Positions 53,547 to 64,000 of a DNA stretch of 64,000 nucleotides are shown one piece after another (the first letter of the stretch is position 1; the number at the start of each line of letters is the position of its first letter). The stretch lies in contig OZ244621.1 in assembly GCA_965218425.1 (NCBI GenBank), positions 864,001-928,000 of the forward strand, in the 5' to 3' direction. The DNA is from an uncultured Candidatus Binatia bacterium (GTDB lineage: Bacteria; Desulfobacterota; Binatia; UBA9968; CAXXLF01). Below the pieces are notes generated by a model. The model worked only from the letters and a program-made list of their open reading frames with translations, was not told the origin of the DNA and ran no database searches. The translations under genes and the position numbers were made by a program.

Positions 53547-55034
53547 CTATTCTTCACCTGCCACTGTGGTTTGATCTTTCCGCAGCAAAGGATAAAGGCT
53601 GATGAAAAGCACAAGCACTAACATGACCAGAACCAGGGGGCGGTAGAGGAACCCCACTCCCAAGCTGGTAATCGAGATGGTGAAATACTTCTCCGCCTGC
53701 TTTCCCAAAATGAGACCGAGGATCATAGGGACCCGGGGCCAATCGAAGGCTTTCATGGCAGTGCCGATGGTACCAAATATCGTCAAAATGACGATGTCGC
53801 CTAGGCTGTTGTTTGTGGCAAAACTCCCCAAGAAAACCAACACCAAAAGAATAGGAACGATTAGTGAGCCGCGCACGAAAGTGATTCGGGCCAACGGATT
53901 CGCCAGTGCAAGGGAAATGGCTGCTCCTATAACGTTTGCAACAACGAGGGCCCACATCATGGAGTAGACCACCGCCGTCTGCTTCGTCAAAAGGTTCAAC
54001 CCAGGGGTTATTCCCTGAATGGTCAATGCACCGAGAAACACGGCCATGGAAATGGTTCCCGGCACCCCAAAGGCCAGAGTAGGAATGAGACCCGCCTCCG
54101 CGGCGGCATTATTGGCTGTTTCCGCGGCGATGACTCCCTCCGGCGCGCCTTTACCGAAACGCTCCGGTTGCTTTGAGGACTGGACCGTTTGCCCATAGGC
54201 GACGAATGAAGCTGCACCTGGACCAAGCCCCGGCACCATTCCAAAGACGGTCCCTATGATTGACGCTCGCAGGGTCACCTTCCAATGGCGCGCGGAGTCC
54301 TTGAATCCATCTAAAACACCACTAGTCTTGAGTGCCGTCCTTTCAACCCGCGCGAGACTGCTCCCTTTAACCGCCAGTTCCACGATCTCCGGAACGGCGA
54401 ACAGACCGATCAACGTGGGCAAGAGTGGCAGACCACTCCATAGGTACAGCGTGCCGAGAGTGTAGCGGTGCGTTGACGTTTGTAGGTCCATCCCCACGGT
54501 GGCGAGAATTAAACCAACCCCGCCGCACAGCCATCCACGAATCGGTGAGCCTCCCCCCAGGGACGAGATAAAGGCGATGCCGAGCAAAACGATCATAAAT
54601 TGCTCAGGAGATCCAAATGAAAGAATCAGGGGCCTAAGAAGAGGGACGGAAACTCCCAGGACCACGGCAGCAAAGATGCCGCCAATGGCCGAGGTCAGTA
54701 TTCCGGCGCCCATCGCACGAGCGGCTTCACCGCGCTGGGTCATGGCATATCCGTCGGCAACGGTAGCTGCGGACCCTGCAGCCGTAGGAATAGCGTAGAG
54801 GATTGCGGTGACGGCGCTCACCGTCGAGTCCACTGCCAATATTCCCATAAGGAGGGAGAACGCCGCCACCGGAGTCATGGTAAAGAGAAAAGGGAGTAGC
54901 AGGGCAAATGCGGTGGTCACGCCCAATCCAGGTAGGAGTCCTGTTGCCAGACCGATACTGACTCCCGCCAGCAACATGGCAAACGGAACAGGCGCCAACA
55001 GGCTCGTTAGGCCAGCAAAAAGCGCGTCAAACAT
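53547..55034 (-). CDS. tctA: Tripartite tricarboxylate transporter large subunit
   Basis: GLLPGLG, ADGYAM, GLFAVPE, EGVIAAETANNA, IPTLAFGVPG. Confidence 0.9.
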   Translation of the reverse strand: MFDALFAGLTSLLAPVPFAMLLAGVSIGLATGLLPGLGVTTAFALLLPFLFTMTPVAAFSLLMGILAVDSTVSAVTAILYAIPTAAGSAATVADGYAMTQRGEAARAMGAGILTSAIGGIFAAVVLGVSVPLLRPLILSFGSPEQFMIVLLGIAFISSLGGGSPIRGWLCGGVGLILATVGMDLQTSTHRYTLGTLYLWSGLPLLPTLIGLFAVPEIVELAVKGSSLARVERTALKTSGVLDGFKDSARHWKVTLRASIIGTVFGMVPGLGPGAASFVAYGQTVQSSKQPERFGKGAPEGVIAAETANNAAAEAGLIPTLAFGVPGTISMAVFLGALTIQGITPGLNLLTKQTAVVYSMMWALVVANVIGAAISLALANPLARITFVRGSLIVPILLVLVFLGSFATNNSLGDIVILTIFGTIGTAMKAFDWPRVPMILGLILGKQAEKYFTISITSLGVGFLYRPLVLVMLVLVLFISLYPLLRKDQTTVAGEE

Positions 55035-55089
55035 ATGGAAAAGGCGGTGCTGCCGCTTCGACCTTAATAACCAACAATGACAAGATGGC

Positions 55090-56109
55090 TCAATTGGGCC
55101 GCTTGAGCATTTCGCGAATCCGCTTGAGGACTTCAGGAGGGGCCTGAGTCAGCTTCCTGATCGTCTTCCCCACCTGCTCACCGTCATTCGGCACTACGGA
55201 GAGGCCGGTTTTTTTGGCATCCGCAAGGAACTTCGGATCGTTCAACGTTTTTAAGTAGGCCTGGCGAAGAATTTGGATCCGCTCCTTGGGTACGCCCGGC
55301 GGTGCCGTCCAAGCCCTGGGCGTTCTAAAAGGAACCACCGCCACCTCAACCAACTTCCTGGTATTCTCGTCTTTAATTAATTCCCAGATGGTGGGGACCT
55401 TAGGCAGCGCCTTATGCCGGGTATCGGAAATGATACCCAGAATATGAAATCCCTGGTCCAACCATTCTCGGCGCCGCGCAAAAACCGTTGAAAAGGTCGA
55501 AGACCTGCCATCCACTTCCTTGCGTTCCACCGCCAGGTCGATTTCCGGAGGCGAATAGCCGAAGACATAATCGAATTTGACGCCCAGGGATTTCTCAAAG
55601 ATTCGAGACTGCATGAAGATTGCATGCCTCGAGGACGGAACACCCAGCTTGGGGGGGCGGTTAGCGTTGCGAATTGCGTCTACATTTGAATAGGGCGTAT
55701 CCACATGAAAGATCAGAATTGAGTTGGGGTCGGCGAAGGTCCCAAGCCAGATAAAATCTTCCACCTTGTACTTGACCCCCCGGGTCCCGAGCAGCTTATG
55801 AAATGCCACGAGAGTACCGTTGAGGCCGATGGTCAACCCGTCAGGTTTGGCCACGTTGTAGAGATAGTTGGCCAGATTTATTCCACCGCCACCCGGTATC
55901 GACTGAACGATAATCGCGGGATTTCCTGGGATATGACGACTGATGTGCCGCCCCACCGTTCGTGCCTCAATGTCAGTTAGTGCGCCGGGAGGCGATGGGA
56001 CCAAAACGCGTAACGCCTTACCGCTATAGAAAGACTGTGCCAGCCCTGTGATGGGGATAAGCCATATGCACACAGAAAGGCAAAGCCACCGGAATATCTT
56101 TCCAAACAT
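55090..56109 (-). CDS. tctC: TTT substrate-binding protein (Bug/TctC)
   Basis: FYSGK, PPG..D, PGGGG...AKPDGLT, LPKVPT, PPGVP. Confidence 0.88.
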   Translation of the reverse strand: MFGKIFRWLCLSVCIWLIPITGLAQSFYSGKALRVLVPSPPGALTDIEARTVGRHISRHIPGNPAIIVQSIPGGGGINLANYLYNVAKPDGLTIGLNGTLVAFHKLLGTRGVKYKVEDFIWLGTFADPNSILIFHVDTPYSNVDAIRNANRPPKLGVPSSRHAIFMQSRIFEKSLGVKFDYVFGYSPPEIDLAVERKEVDGRSSTFSTVFARRREWLDQGFHILGIISDTRHKALPKVPTIWELIKDENTRKLVEVAVVPFRTPRAWTAPPGVPKERIQILRQAYLKTLNDPKFLADAKKTGLSVVPNDGEQVGKTIRKLTQAPPEVLKRIREMLKRPN

Positions 56110-56206
56110 ATGTCACCTCCTGTATTTTTCCTCTGATGTTTTCTATAGAGCTTATTAAATTCTGTCGCACCCTAAAGTATGAATCCCCAGACGTATTACT
56201 TCGACA

Positions 56207-56704
56207 CTAACCCCACATCCGATCCAGCCACTGAAACACAATTCCACTGGGAAAAGGTAGATGGAGGAAACGATCGAAGATACCCCACAGAAAGGCCCAT
56301 GCCACTGCGGTGAGGCCTAGGGAAATAAACCAACCTTCTCGCGATTGAATCTTCAGATAGCCAAATACGACCACGGGTACGGCCACCTGAAACCCTACAA
56401 ACCAGATAAGACCCAAAAACCCGTAAATCCAACAGAAGATATTCAGGTTCCTTTTACGGATCAGCTCGGGTGACAATGTTTCAGAGGAAGCTAGAAACTC
56501 TTCGCCATCGTTAGTGCCCCGTACGGTCTCGCTAACGCCGCGGGTGTCGAGAGCGATCTGTACCAAGCTGAGAAACAGCATCGGAATCCCGATGAACCAA
56601 GGAAAGGTACGAGCTTCCACCGGCCAATCATTGGCCACAATGAGCACCGCAGCGAAGAACACGGCTACAAAAGAACTCACGAATACTCGACGCTCAACCC
56701 GCAT
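56207..56704 (-). CDS. tctB: TTT small membrane subunit
   Basis: 4 TM segments, FPW, GF..A, terminal LxLPFPxG. Confidence 0.8.
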   Translation of the reverse strand: MRVERRVFVSSFVAVFFAAVLIVANDWPVEARTFPWFIGIPMLFLSLVQIALDTRGVSETVRGTNDGEEFLASSETLSPELIRKRNLNIFCWIYGFLGLIWFVGFQVAVPVVVFGYLKIQSREGWFISLGLTAVAWAFLWGIFDRFLHLPFPSGIVFQWLDRMWG

Positions 56705-56842
56705 GTCCCGTCCCCCGTCCTTATCAGTCCCACACCATAGCCTGGGATAACTTCCAAGGCAACAAATTTGAGAGAATTCAGCGTATATTTTAAAGGAGCG
56801 TTCCTATCTGATGTTAGAGAGGATCATTGGCATTACAAGTTG

Positions 56843-56871
56843 TTGAATTCGACCCTCGAGTCTAATATAAT
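56843..56871 (+). promoter_or_regulatory. Putative sigma70 promoter of the amidohydrolase gene
   Basis: TTGAAT-17 bp-TATAAT. Confidence 0.6.
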
Positions 56872-56908
56872 CCTCCCGCAGACTGCCTTTGGATAGGGAG
56901 GGACGCCC

Positions 56909-57997
56909 ATGAGTAAATCAAACCATCTGCCGGTCATTGACGCCGATTCCCACGTGATCGAGACTGCACGGACATGGGACTATCTAGAGCCGTCAGAGCA
57001 GAAGTATCGCCCACTTCTTTACTCCTCTCCTGATAATCCAGCCCGACAGTACTGGATGATGGACGGCAGGATCTGCGGTCTCCGCTTTCCTACCTTGAGC
57101 GAGCGGGAGCTTAAGACAATGTCTGAAAAGACCGGGAGGCACATGGAAACTCCCCAAGAGGCCCGCGAGCTCGATGACGTGAACCTTAGGCTAAAGCACA
57201 TGGACGAGCTCGGGATCGATATTCAGATCTTGCACAACACTTGCTGGATCGAACAGGTCTCGCCGCGACCAGAGATTGAGGCTGCGCTTTGCCGGAGCTG
57301 GAACCGTTGGCTGAGGGATATTTGGCGCCAGGGGAACGGAAGGTTGCGCTGGTCGTGTGTCGTCCCCTCCATGCTCATGGACGAGGCAATCGAGCAGGTG
57401 AAGATGGCAAGGAAGAACGGGGCCGTGGCAGTGTGTCTGAGGCCTCTCGAAGGGGACCGGCACCTTACAGACCCATACTTTTATCCGCTTTATGAAGTGG
57501 CAAGCGATCTGGACATGGCGATAGCCGTGCATATCGCCAACGGCAATCCAGACTATTGCGATCTGTATCGCTATACTCCCGCGAGCACCATGATTATGTT
57601 TCGAATGCCTACAGTAGCCTCCTGCTTCGCTCTATTGATGAGCGAAGTCCCGCAAACCTTCCGGAAATTGCGCTGGGGTTTTATTGAAACGTCGGCCCAA
57701 TGGGTACCGTGGATCTATCACGAGGCCGCAATTCGCTACAAAGGAGCGGGCAGAACGATCCCTGACGACCTGTTTCACGAGTACAACATCTTCGTTACCT
57801 GTCAAACAAACGACGACATTCCATACATTCTCAAGTATGCTGGCGAGCACTCTTTGGCCATAGGTACAGACTACGGACACACCGACACCTCCGCCAAGGT
57901 GGATGCGATTACGGAATTTAAAAATGCTGAAGCAATCAGCCGGCAAGATCGTGAAAGGATTCTGAGTCACAACCCAAAAGCCTTGTATGCCCTCTAA
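56909..57997 (+). CDS. Amidohydrolase_2 family protein
   Basis: IDADSHVIE, AVH, FIET, GTDYGH; RBS GGAGG. Confidence 0.88.
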   Translation: MSKSNHLPVIDADSHVIETARTWDYLEPSEQKYRPLLYSSPDNPARQYWMMDGRICGLRFPTLSERELKTMSEKTGRHMETPQEARELDDVNLRLKHMDELGIDIQILHNTCWIEQVSPRPEIEAALCRSWNRWLRDIWRQGNGRLRWSCVVPSMLMDEAIEQVKMARKNGAVAVCLRPLEGDRHLTDPYFYPLYEVASDLDMAIAVHIANGNPDYCDLYRYTPASTMIMFRMPTVASCFALLMSEVPQTFRKLRWGFIETSAQWVPWIYHEAAIRYKGAGRTIPDDLFHEYNIFVTCQTNDDIPYILKYAGEHSLAIGTDYGHTDTSAKVDAITEFKNAEAISRQDRERILSHNPKALYAL

Positions 57998-58051
57998 AAG
58001 CGCGGAACCAAATCGCCACATTGGCGCCACGAGGAATAGAATCGAGGCAGG

Positions 58052-59578
<1,527 letters not shown>

Positions 59579-60104
59579 CGCGCAGCCAATCTACCATTAT
59601 GGTAGCAGGAAGGGGATCATACTGAAAAACCCATCTGGGGGGAAGAAGAAATAGAGGTCTCTTTCCATGTTTTAAAAATATGAACCAATCTGTGATTTTC
59701 GCTTGAAATTTCGTTTGGGGACACAGACGAAAATCCCTTTGAAAATAATGCCACAGAAGCGCAAAGGGCGTAGAGAACCAAATTTTTGTTTGTCGGGAGA
59801 CGACGACAAACGAAAACATTGTTCAAATTTTAGAGATGTAAGCATTTGCCCAATCGTCGCCTGCCGATCGGGCAAATGGGCTTTCCTCAGCGCACTCTGC
59901 GTCACCGCGGTGGAATCTCCGAATCCTTACCTGCGAAAATCGGCGGTCAAAACTCTTTACACCTTGCGTCTTGGCGCGAAAAACTCTATTTAAGTTCGGT
60001 CTGTTGAATCTTTGACAAAGCCTAAGATTCCCCACGGGCCATCTTGCCAAGAGTTGGAAATCTTGGTAAGAAAATGTATGGATGTCTTGAACCGGCATAA
60101 CCAG

Positions 60105-60134
60105 AAAAACCCAGGTCTTTGTCTGGGTTTTTTT
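60105..60134 (+). terminator. Terminator-like hairpin in the guaB leader
   Basis: AAAAACCCAGG-TCTTTG-TCTGGGTTTTTTT, ending 21 nt before the guaB ATG. Confidence 0.65.
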
Positions 60135-60155
60135 ATCGTTTCTCGGAGGTAAGCC

Positions 60156-61622
60156 ATGTTGGATCAGGAAATGCTACCCCGCGGCTTGACCTTTGATGAC
60201 GTCCTCTTAGTTCCTGCGCAATCTTCCGTCCTCCCAAAAGACACCGACGTCTCTACCATCCTCACTGAGCGAATTAAATTGAACGTTCCACTGCTGAGTG
60301 CCGCCATGGATACGGTAACGGAGTCACGCACAGCCATTGCCATGGCGCAGGAGGGTGGAATCGGACTCATTCACCGCAATATGTCCATTGCGGCCGAAGC
60401 CGCCGAGGTGGAAAAAGTAAAAAAATTCGAGAGCGGAATGATCACCGACCCTATCACAGTGGAGCCGGAGCAAAAGCTGGCGGAGGTCCAGGAGATCATG
60501 GGCAAGTTTCACATTTCCGGGCTGCCGGTGACCCAGAATGGAAAACTGGTGGGAATCATCACCCACCGAGACCTGCGCTTTGAAAAGAGACTCGATCGCC
60601 CCGTCTCGGAGGTGATGACAAAGGAAAACCTGGTCACCACCAAGCCTGGTCTAAATTTTGAAGAGGCCAAGGAGATCCTACATCGTCACCGGATCGAGAA
60701 GCTCCTCGTGGTGGATGATCGCTTTCAGCTAAAAGGCCTGATTACCGTCAAAGATATCGAAAAGAAAACCCAATACCCCTTTGCCTGCAAGGATGACCGG
60801 GGACGGCTAAGGGTGGGGGCCGCCGTGGGGGTGGGGCCGGATTGTGAGGCGAGGGTCGACGCACTGCTCAGGGCGAGTGTTGATTTGGTGGCCGTGGACA
60901 CGGCCCATGGTCACTCGAAAAACGTCCTGGACATGGTGGCTCGCATTCGACGTCACTATCCCGATCTGGACATCGTCGGAGGAAACGTGGCCACTGAAGA
61001 AGGCACCACAGCGCTGATTGAGGCGGGGGTGAATACCGTCAAAGTCGGGGTAGGGCCCGGCTCCATTTGCACCACTCGAGTCATCTCCGGAATCGGAGTG
61101 CCCCAGATTACGGCCATTGCGAACTGCGTGAAAGCGGCAGGGAGACGCAATATCCCTGTGATTTCCGACGGTGGTATCAAGTTTTCAGGTGACATCACAA
61201 AGGCCCTTGCGGCAGGGGCTCATTCCGTCATGATTGGCGGCTTATTTGCGGGTACCGAAGAGAGTCCGGGCGAAACGATCCTTTATCAGGGCAGGACCTA
61301 CAAGCTTTACCGTGGCATGGGTTCCGTAGGCGCCATGAAGGATGGAAGCAAGGACCGCTACGGTCAAGGAGATGTGGAGGAGGAAATGAAGTTGGTCCCT
61401 GAAGGGATTGAAGGACAGATTCCTTACAAGGGTTCACTTGCCTTCAATGTCCATCAGCTGGTTGGCGGATTGCGATCAGGGATGGGGTATCTGGGCTCAC
61501 GGACCATCCAGGAACTGCGCACCAAAGCCCAATTCCTTCAGATTACCTCGGCCGGGCTGAAGGAAGGTCATGTCCATGATGTCTTTATCACCAAAGAGGC
61601 ACCCAATTATAGGTCCGAATGA
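60156..61622 (+). CDS. guaB: IMP dehydrogenase with CBS domains
   Basis: [41 protein letters not shown]. Confidence 0.97.
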   Translation: MLDQEMLPRGLTFDDVLLVPAQSSVLPKDTDVSTILTERIKLNVPLLSAAMDTVTESRTAIAMAQEGGIGLIHRNMSIAAEAAEVEKVKKFESGMITDPITVEPEQKLAEVQEIMGKFHISGLPVTQNGKLVGIITHRDLRFEKRLDRPVSEVMTKENLVTTKPGLNFEEAKEILHRHRIEKLLVVDDRFQLKGLITVKDIEKKTQYPFACKDDRGRLRVGAAVGVGPDCEARVDALLRASVDLVAVDTAHGHSKNVLDMVARIRRHYPDLDIVGGNVATEEGTTALIEAGVNTVKVGVGPGSICTTRVISGIGVPQITAIANCVKAAGRRNIPVISDGGIKFSGDITKALAAGAHSVMIGGLFAGTEESPGETILYQGRTYKLYRGMGSVGAMKDGSKDRYGQGDVEEEMKLVPEGIEGQIPYKGSLAFNVHQLVGGLRSGMGYLGSRTIQELRTKAQFLQITSAGLKEGHVHDVFITKEAPNYRSE

Positions 61623-63148
61623 TCCTCGTTCTTGATTTTGGCTCCCAATACACACAGCTTATAGCTCGCCGTGTCCGCGAGAGTAACGTTTACTGCGAGA
61701 TCCGTCCCTTCAACACTCCCCTGGAAAAAATCCGTCAGCTTCAACCCAAGGGAATCATCCTTTCAGGTGGTCCTGCCAGTGTCTACCAGGAAAACGCCCC
61801 CCAAGTGCGGGGAGAGCTATTCGATTTTCCCGTTCCCTTCTTGGGTATATGTTACGGCATGGGACTCATCAACCGTGCCGGGGGAGGCAAAGTGGCACAG
61901 GCCCAACAACGGGAATACGGCCTCGCCGACATTTCGATAAAAGACAATTCAGATCTATTTCACGGTTTCTCACAAGACATTGGGGCCCCTGTATGGATGA
62001 GCCACGGGGACCACATGACCTCCCTCCCCCATGGCTGGCGTGTCCTCGCGCAAAGTGCCAATTCTCCCATCGCTGCCTTTTCCAATCCGCAACGCCGTCT
62101 GTTTGGAGTTCAGTTTCACCCCGAGGTGACCCACACCCCCCGGGGAAAGGAAACCCTGAATAATTTTCTCTTCCGTATCTGCCGCTGCGAACCCACATGG
62201 ACCATGGCACGCTTTGTCGAGACGTCGGTTGAGACCATCAACAAGCGCGCAGGACATAACCGTGTTCTCTGCGCCTTGAGCGGGGGAGTCGACTCTTCAG
62301 TGGCAGCAACCCTCGTTCACCGGGCCATTGGAGACCGGCTAATCTGTATCTTCGTTAACAACGGACTCCTACGCCAAGGGGAAGCCGAAGATGTATGCCA
62401 ATTGGGACAACGTTTCGCAGAGGGCTTCCGCTACGTGGACGCCAGTGGGCGCTTTGTTGCGGCCCTTCGAGGGGTGGAAGATCCGGAAGAGAAACGGAGA
62501 AGGATCGGGCACCTATTCATCGAGGTTTTCGAAGAAGAGTCCAACAAGCTCGGCGATGTTCCATACCTCGCCCAGGGAACCCTTTATCCCGATGTAATTG
62601 AGTCCGTCTCATCCGTCGGTCCATCCGCCACCATCAAAACCCATCACAACGTGGGTGGACTCCCTGAGAAAATGAAACTTCAAATCATTGAGCCCCTCCG
62701 GGAGCTTTTCAAAGACGAGGTGCGCCGGTTGGGACAAGAATTGGGTCTTCCCGCGCAGATGATTGTGCGCCAGCCCTTCCCAGGTCCTGGACTCGCGGTA
62801 CGCATCCTGGGCGAAGTAACCGAAGAGCGACTCCAAGTGCTGCGCGAGGCGGATGCCATTGTTATGCATGAGATTCGAGCCGCTGGTTTCCACGATAAGG
62901 TATGGCAGTCTTTTGCCGTTCTACTTCCCACCCGAACGGTTGGTGTCATGGGGGACGAGCGAACCTACGAAAATGTCATTGCCCTGAGGGTGGTCGATAG
63001 CCAGGACGGAATGACCGCAGATTGGGTCCCGCTACCCTCGGAATTGCTCGGGCGAATATCCAATCGCATCATCAACGAGGTTCGCGGAGTGGGGCGGGTT
63101 GTCTACGATATCTCTTCCAAGCCCCCTGCAACTATTGAATGGGAATAA
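61619..63148 (+). CDS. guaA: GMP synthase (glutamine-hydrolysing)
   Basis: [39 protein letters not shown]. Confidence 0.97.
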   Translation: MILVLDFGSQYTQLIARRVRESNVYCEIRPFNTPLEKIRQLQPKGIILSGGPASVYQENAPQVRGELFDFPVPFLGICYGMGLINRAGGGKVAQAQQREYGLADISIKDNSDLFHGFSQDIGAPVWMSHGDHMTSLPHGWRVLAQSANSPIAAFSNPQRRLFGVQFHPEVTHTPRGKETLNNFLFRICRCEPTWTMARFVETSVETINKRAGHNRVLCALSGGVDSSVAATLVHRAIGDRLICIFVNNGLLRQGEAEDVCQLGQRFAEGFRYVDASGRFVAALRGVEDPEEKRRRIGHLFIEVFEEESNKLGDVPYLAQGTLYPDVIESVSSVGPSATIKTHHNVGGLPEKMKLQIIEPLRELFKDEVRRLGQELGLPAQMIVRQPFPGPGLAVRILGEVTEERLQVLREADAIVMHEIRAAGFHDKVWQSFAVLLPTRTVGVMGDERTYENVIALRVVDSQDGMTADWVPLPSELLGRISNRIINEVRGVGRVVYDISSKPPATIEWE

Positions 63149-63193
63149 CAAAGATATAAAAAATTGTGCAGCCCTTTCATTTGTGCTAGGTTT

Positions 63194-63350
63194 ACCCCGA
63201 CCCGAGCATCCGAGTCCAAGTTTTTTAACGGTCGCAGAGACCTGGATCGTAAGTCCAGAACCAAGCCATATGTGAATTTTTGAAATATGACACGGACCTC
63301 TGATGTTGGCTTGCTGTGATTTCTTAAATCGAGTACGGTCGGATCGGGGT
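63194..63350 (+). ncRNA. Candidate multi-stem structured RNA upstream of dnaE
   Basis: 11/12-bp closing stem (63194-205 / 63339-50) enclosing several hairpins; promoter-like TTGTGC-17-TAGGTT just upstream. Confidence 0.35.
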
Positions 63351-63372
63351 TTACCCGCGGAAAAGAGAACCC

Positions 63373-64000
63373 ATGGAGCATTCTAGTTTCGTCCACCTTC
63401 ACTGCCACACCCAATACAGCCTCTTGGACGGCGCCAATAAGATTGAGCCCCTTTTCGAACGGGTGCGACAGCTAAAACAACCAGCCTTGGCCATGACCGA
63501 TCATGGGAACATGTTCGGAGCGGTGGAGTTCTATACTGAGGCGGTCAAGCATGGCATCAAACCCATTCTAGGTTGTGAAATCTACGTGGCACCCACCACC
63601 CGTTTTGAGCGCAAGGGGGCCGACAAAGGAATGAAAGAATACAACAATCATCTGGTTGTGCTGGCCATGAACCGGGATGGTTATCGGAATCTTTGCAAAC
63701 TCGTCACTGCGGGCTTTACCGAGGGTTTTTACTATAAGCCGAGGGTGGACAAGGAACTGCTCAAAGAGCACAACGGGGGATTGATCGCGCTCAGCTCCTG
63801 TCTCCGGGGCGAGGTGGCTTCATCCTTGTCCGTGGAAGACATAGGTAAGGCCAAGGCCGCGGCCGAGAATTATGCCTCCATCTTTAAGGACCGCTTCTAT
63901 CTCGAGATCCAAGACAACAAGATTCCCGTGCAGGAGAAAGTCAACCGGCTCATCGTCGACATCGGCAAGGACCTGTCCCTTCCCGTGGTGGCAACCAATG
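63373..64000 (+). CDS. dnaE: DNA polymerase III alpha subunit, 5' part (absent from the ORF track)
   Basis: MEHSSFVHLHCHTQYSLLDGA, AMTDHGNMFGAVEFY, KPILGCEIY, HLVVLA, GFYYKPRVD (PHP domain). Confidence 0.96.
   Translation, partial: MEHSSFVHLHCHTQYSLLDGANKIEPLFERVRQLKQPALAMTDHGNMFGAVEFYTEAVKHGIKPILGCEIYVAPTTRFERKGADKGMKEYNNHLVVLAMNRDGYRNLCKLVTAGFTEGFYYKPRVDKELLKEHNGGLIALSSCLRGEVASSLSVEDIGKAKAAAENYASIFKDRFYLEIQDNKIPVQEKVNRLIVDIGKDLSLPVVATN

Noticed and set aside
63120..63200. Genomic island at the guaA 3' end (a common integration site)
   Set aside because: No integrase or att duplication; dnaE follows directly

Overview
Bacterial chromosomal window, mostly core and metabolic genes. The gene content (several amidohydrolases, TTT and ABC binding proteins, cupin-EutA, ETF, 7-9-mer intergenic repeats) suggests a Deltaproteobacteria/Candidatus Binatia-like organism; this is inference only. 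Recognisable genes: lsrF-like aldolase plus Zn-dehydrogenase, rpoZ, bioB, pgeF, an acyl-CoA carboxylase operon, tatBC, an HDAC-family deacetylase, fabF-fabH, pyrE, pncB, etfBA, prkA-yeaH-spoVR, chrA, tctBCA, comM/yifB, guaB-guaA and the 5' part of dnaE. Many pseudogenes are scattered between them, often N- and C-termini fused by an internal deletion. There is also one decayed IS and one MITE. I saw no rRNA, tRNA or CRISPR array. Best candidates for something undescribed: (1) a stand-alone ~180-nt transcript (17.63-17.85 kb) with a consensus promoter and terminator, 19 nt complementary to the 16S rRNA 3' end, and a 13-codon CxC peptide; (2) an NDH-2 flavoprotein with a membrane module, next to a His-bearing repeat membrane protein and ChrA; (3) a bicupin paired with an orphan EutA-like ATPase; (4) candidate structured RNAs upstream of guaB and dnaE.
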